This document shows positions 63,736-64,000 of a DNA stretch of 64,000 nucleotides, in pieces. The DNA is from Octopus sinensis (taxonomy: Eukaryota), in assembly GCF_006345805.1 (NCBI RefSeq), contig NC_043022.1, positions 4,588,001 through 4,652,000 on the forward strand. The letters are read 5' to 3'. The position numbers were made by a program, and so were the translations under genes. Under the pieces are notes generated by a model, which did no database searches, was not told the DNA's origin, and saw only the letters and a list, made by a program, of their open reading frames with translations. Within the stretch, counting starts at the first letter, position 1; every line of letters begins with the position of its first letter.

Positions 63736-64000
63736 AAAACAACAACAACAAAAATCAAGCAAAAATTGTTTTAAAATGTATTTATATATTTTGGTTTAAA
63801 ATACGCATTATTTAAACTAGAGAAAATTATTAATTAATTATATTCTTCTTTATTTAATTATTATATGTGTACTTGTTCGTTTAATAGATGAAACCTAATT
63901 ATCAACATATTAAAATTGTTTTAGTTTATTTTCTCTCTTGCTTCCTCTCTTTCTCTTCTTAACTGTCTGTCTCTGCCTTTCTCTCTCCTTACTTCTCTCT

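Overview
Repeat-saturated, AT-rich eukaryotic non-coding DNA. The SINE, LINE and microsatellite repertoire looks like an Octopus (coleoid cephalopod) genome; this is inferred from family resemblance, not from a search. No intact host protein-coding gene, rRNA, tRNA or CRISPR array is supportable, and nearly all ORFs in the track are translations of microsatellites or SINEs. Contents: about 27 copies or fragments of one ~400-bp tRNA-headed SINE (here SINE-A), three further SINE groups (B, C, E), 5'-truncated LINEs (Tx1/L1-like with zf-RVT, R4/Dong-like REL endonuclease, RTE/BovB-like, RTE-X-like, RTE 3' UTRs), mariner/Tc1 and piggyBac-like relics, non-autonomous Helitrons, several fold-back MITEs and many micro/minisatellites. 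Most interesting: (1) minimal type I hammerhead ribozyme motifs of three sequence families, one sitting in every unit of a ~785-bp tandem array; (2) a SINE subfamily with a Tx1-like tail inserted at the same nucleotide of its sister SINE at two loci; (3) a 267-bp bipartite retroposon with an RTE-X tip and a 12-bp TSD; (4) a 42-bp minisatellite grown from a hairpin of an RTE ORF end; (5) a minisatellite made of overlapping STAT and kappaB/HSE-like motifs. Boundaries were read by eye and may be off by a few bases.
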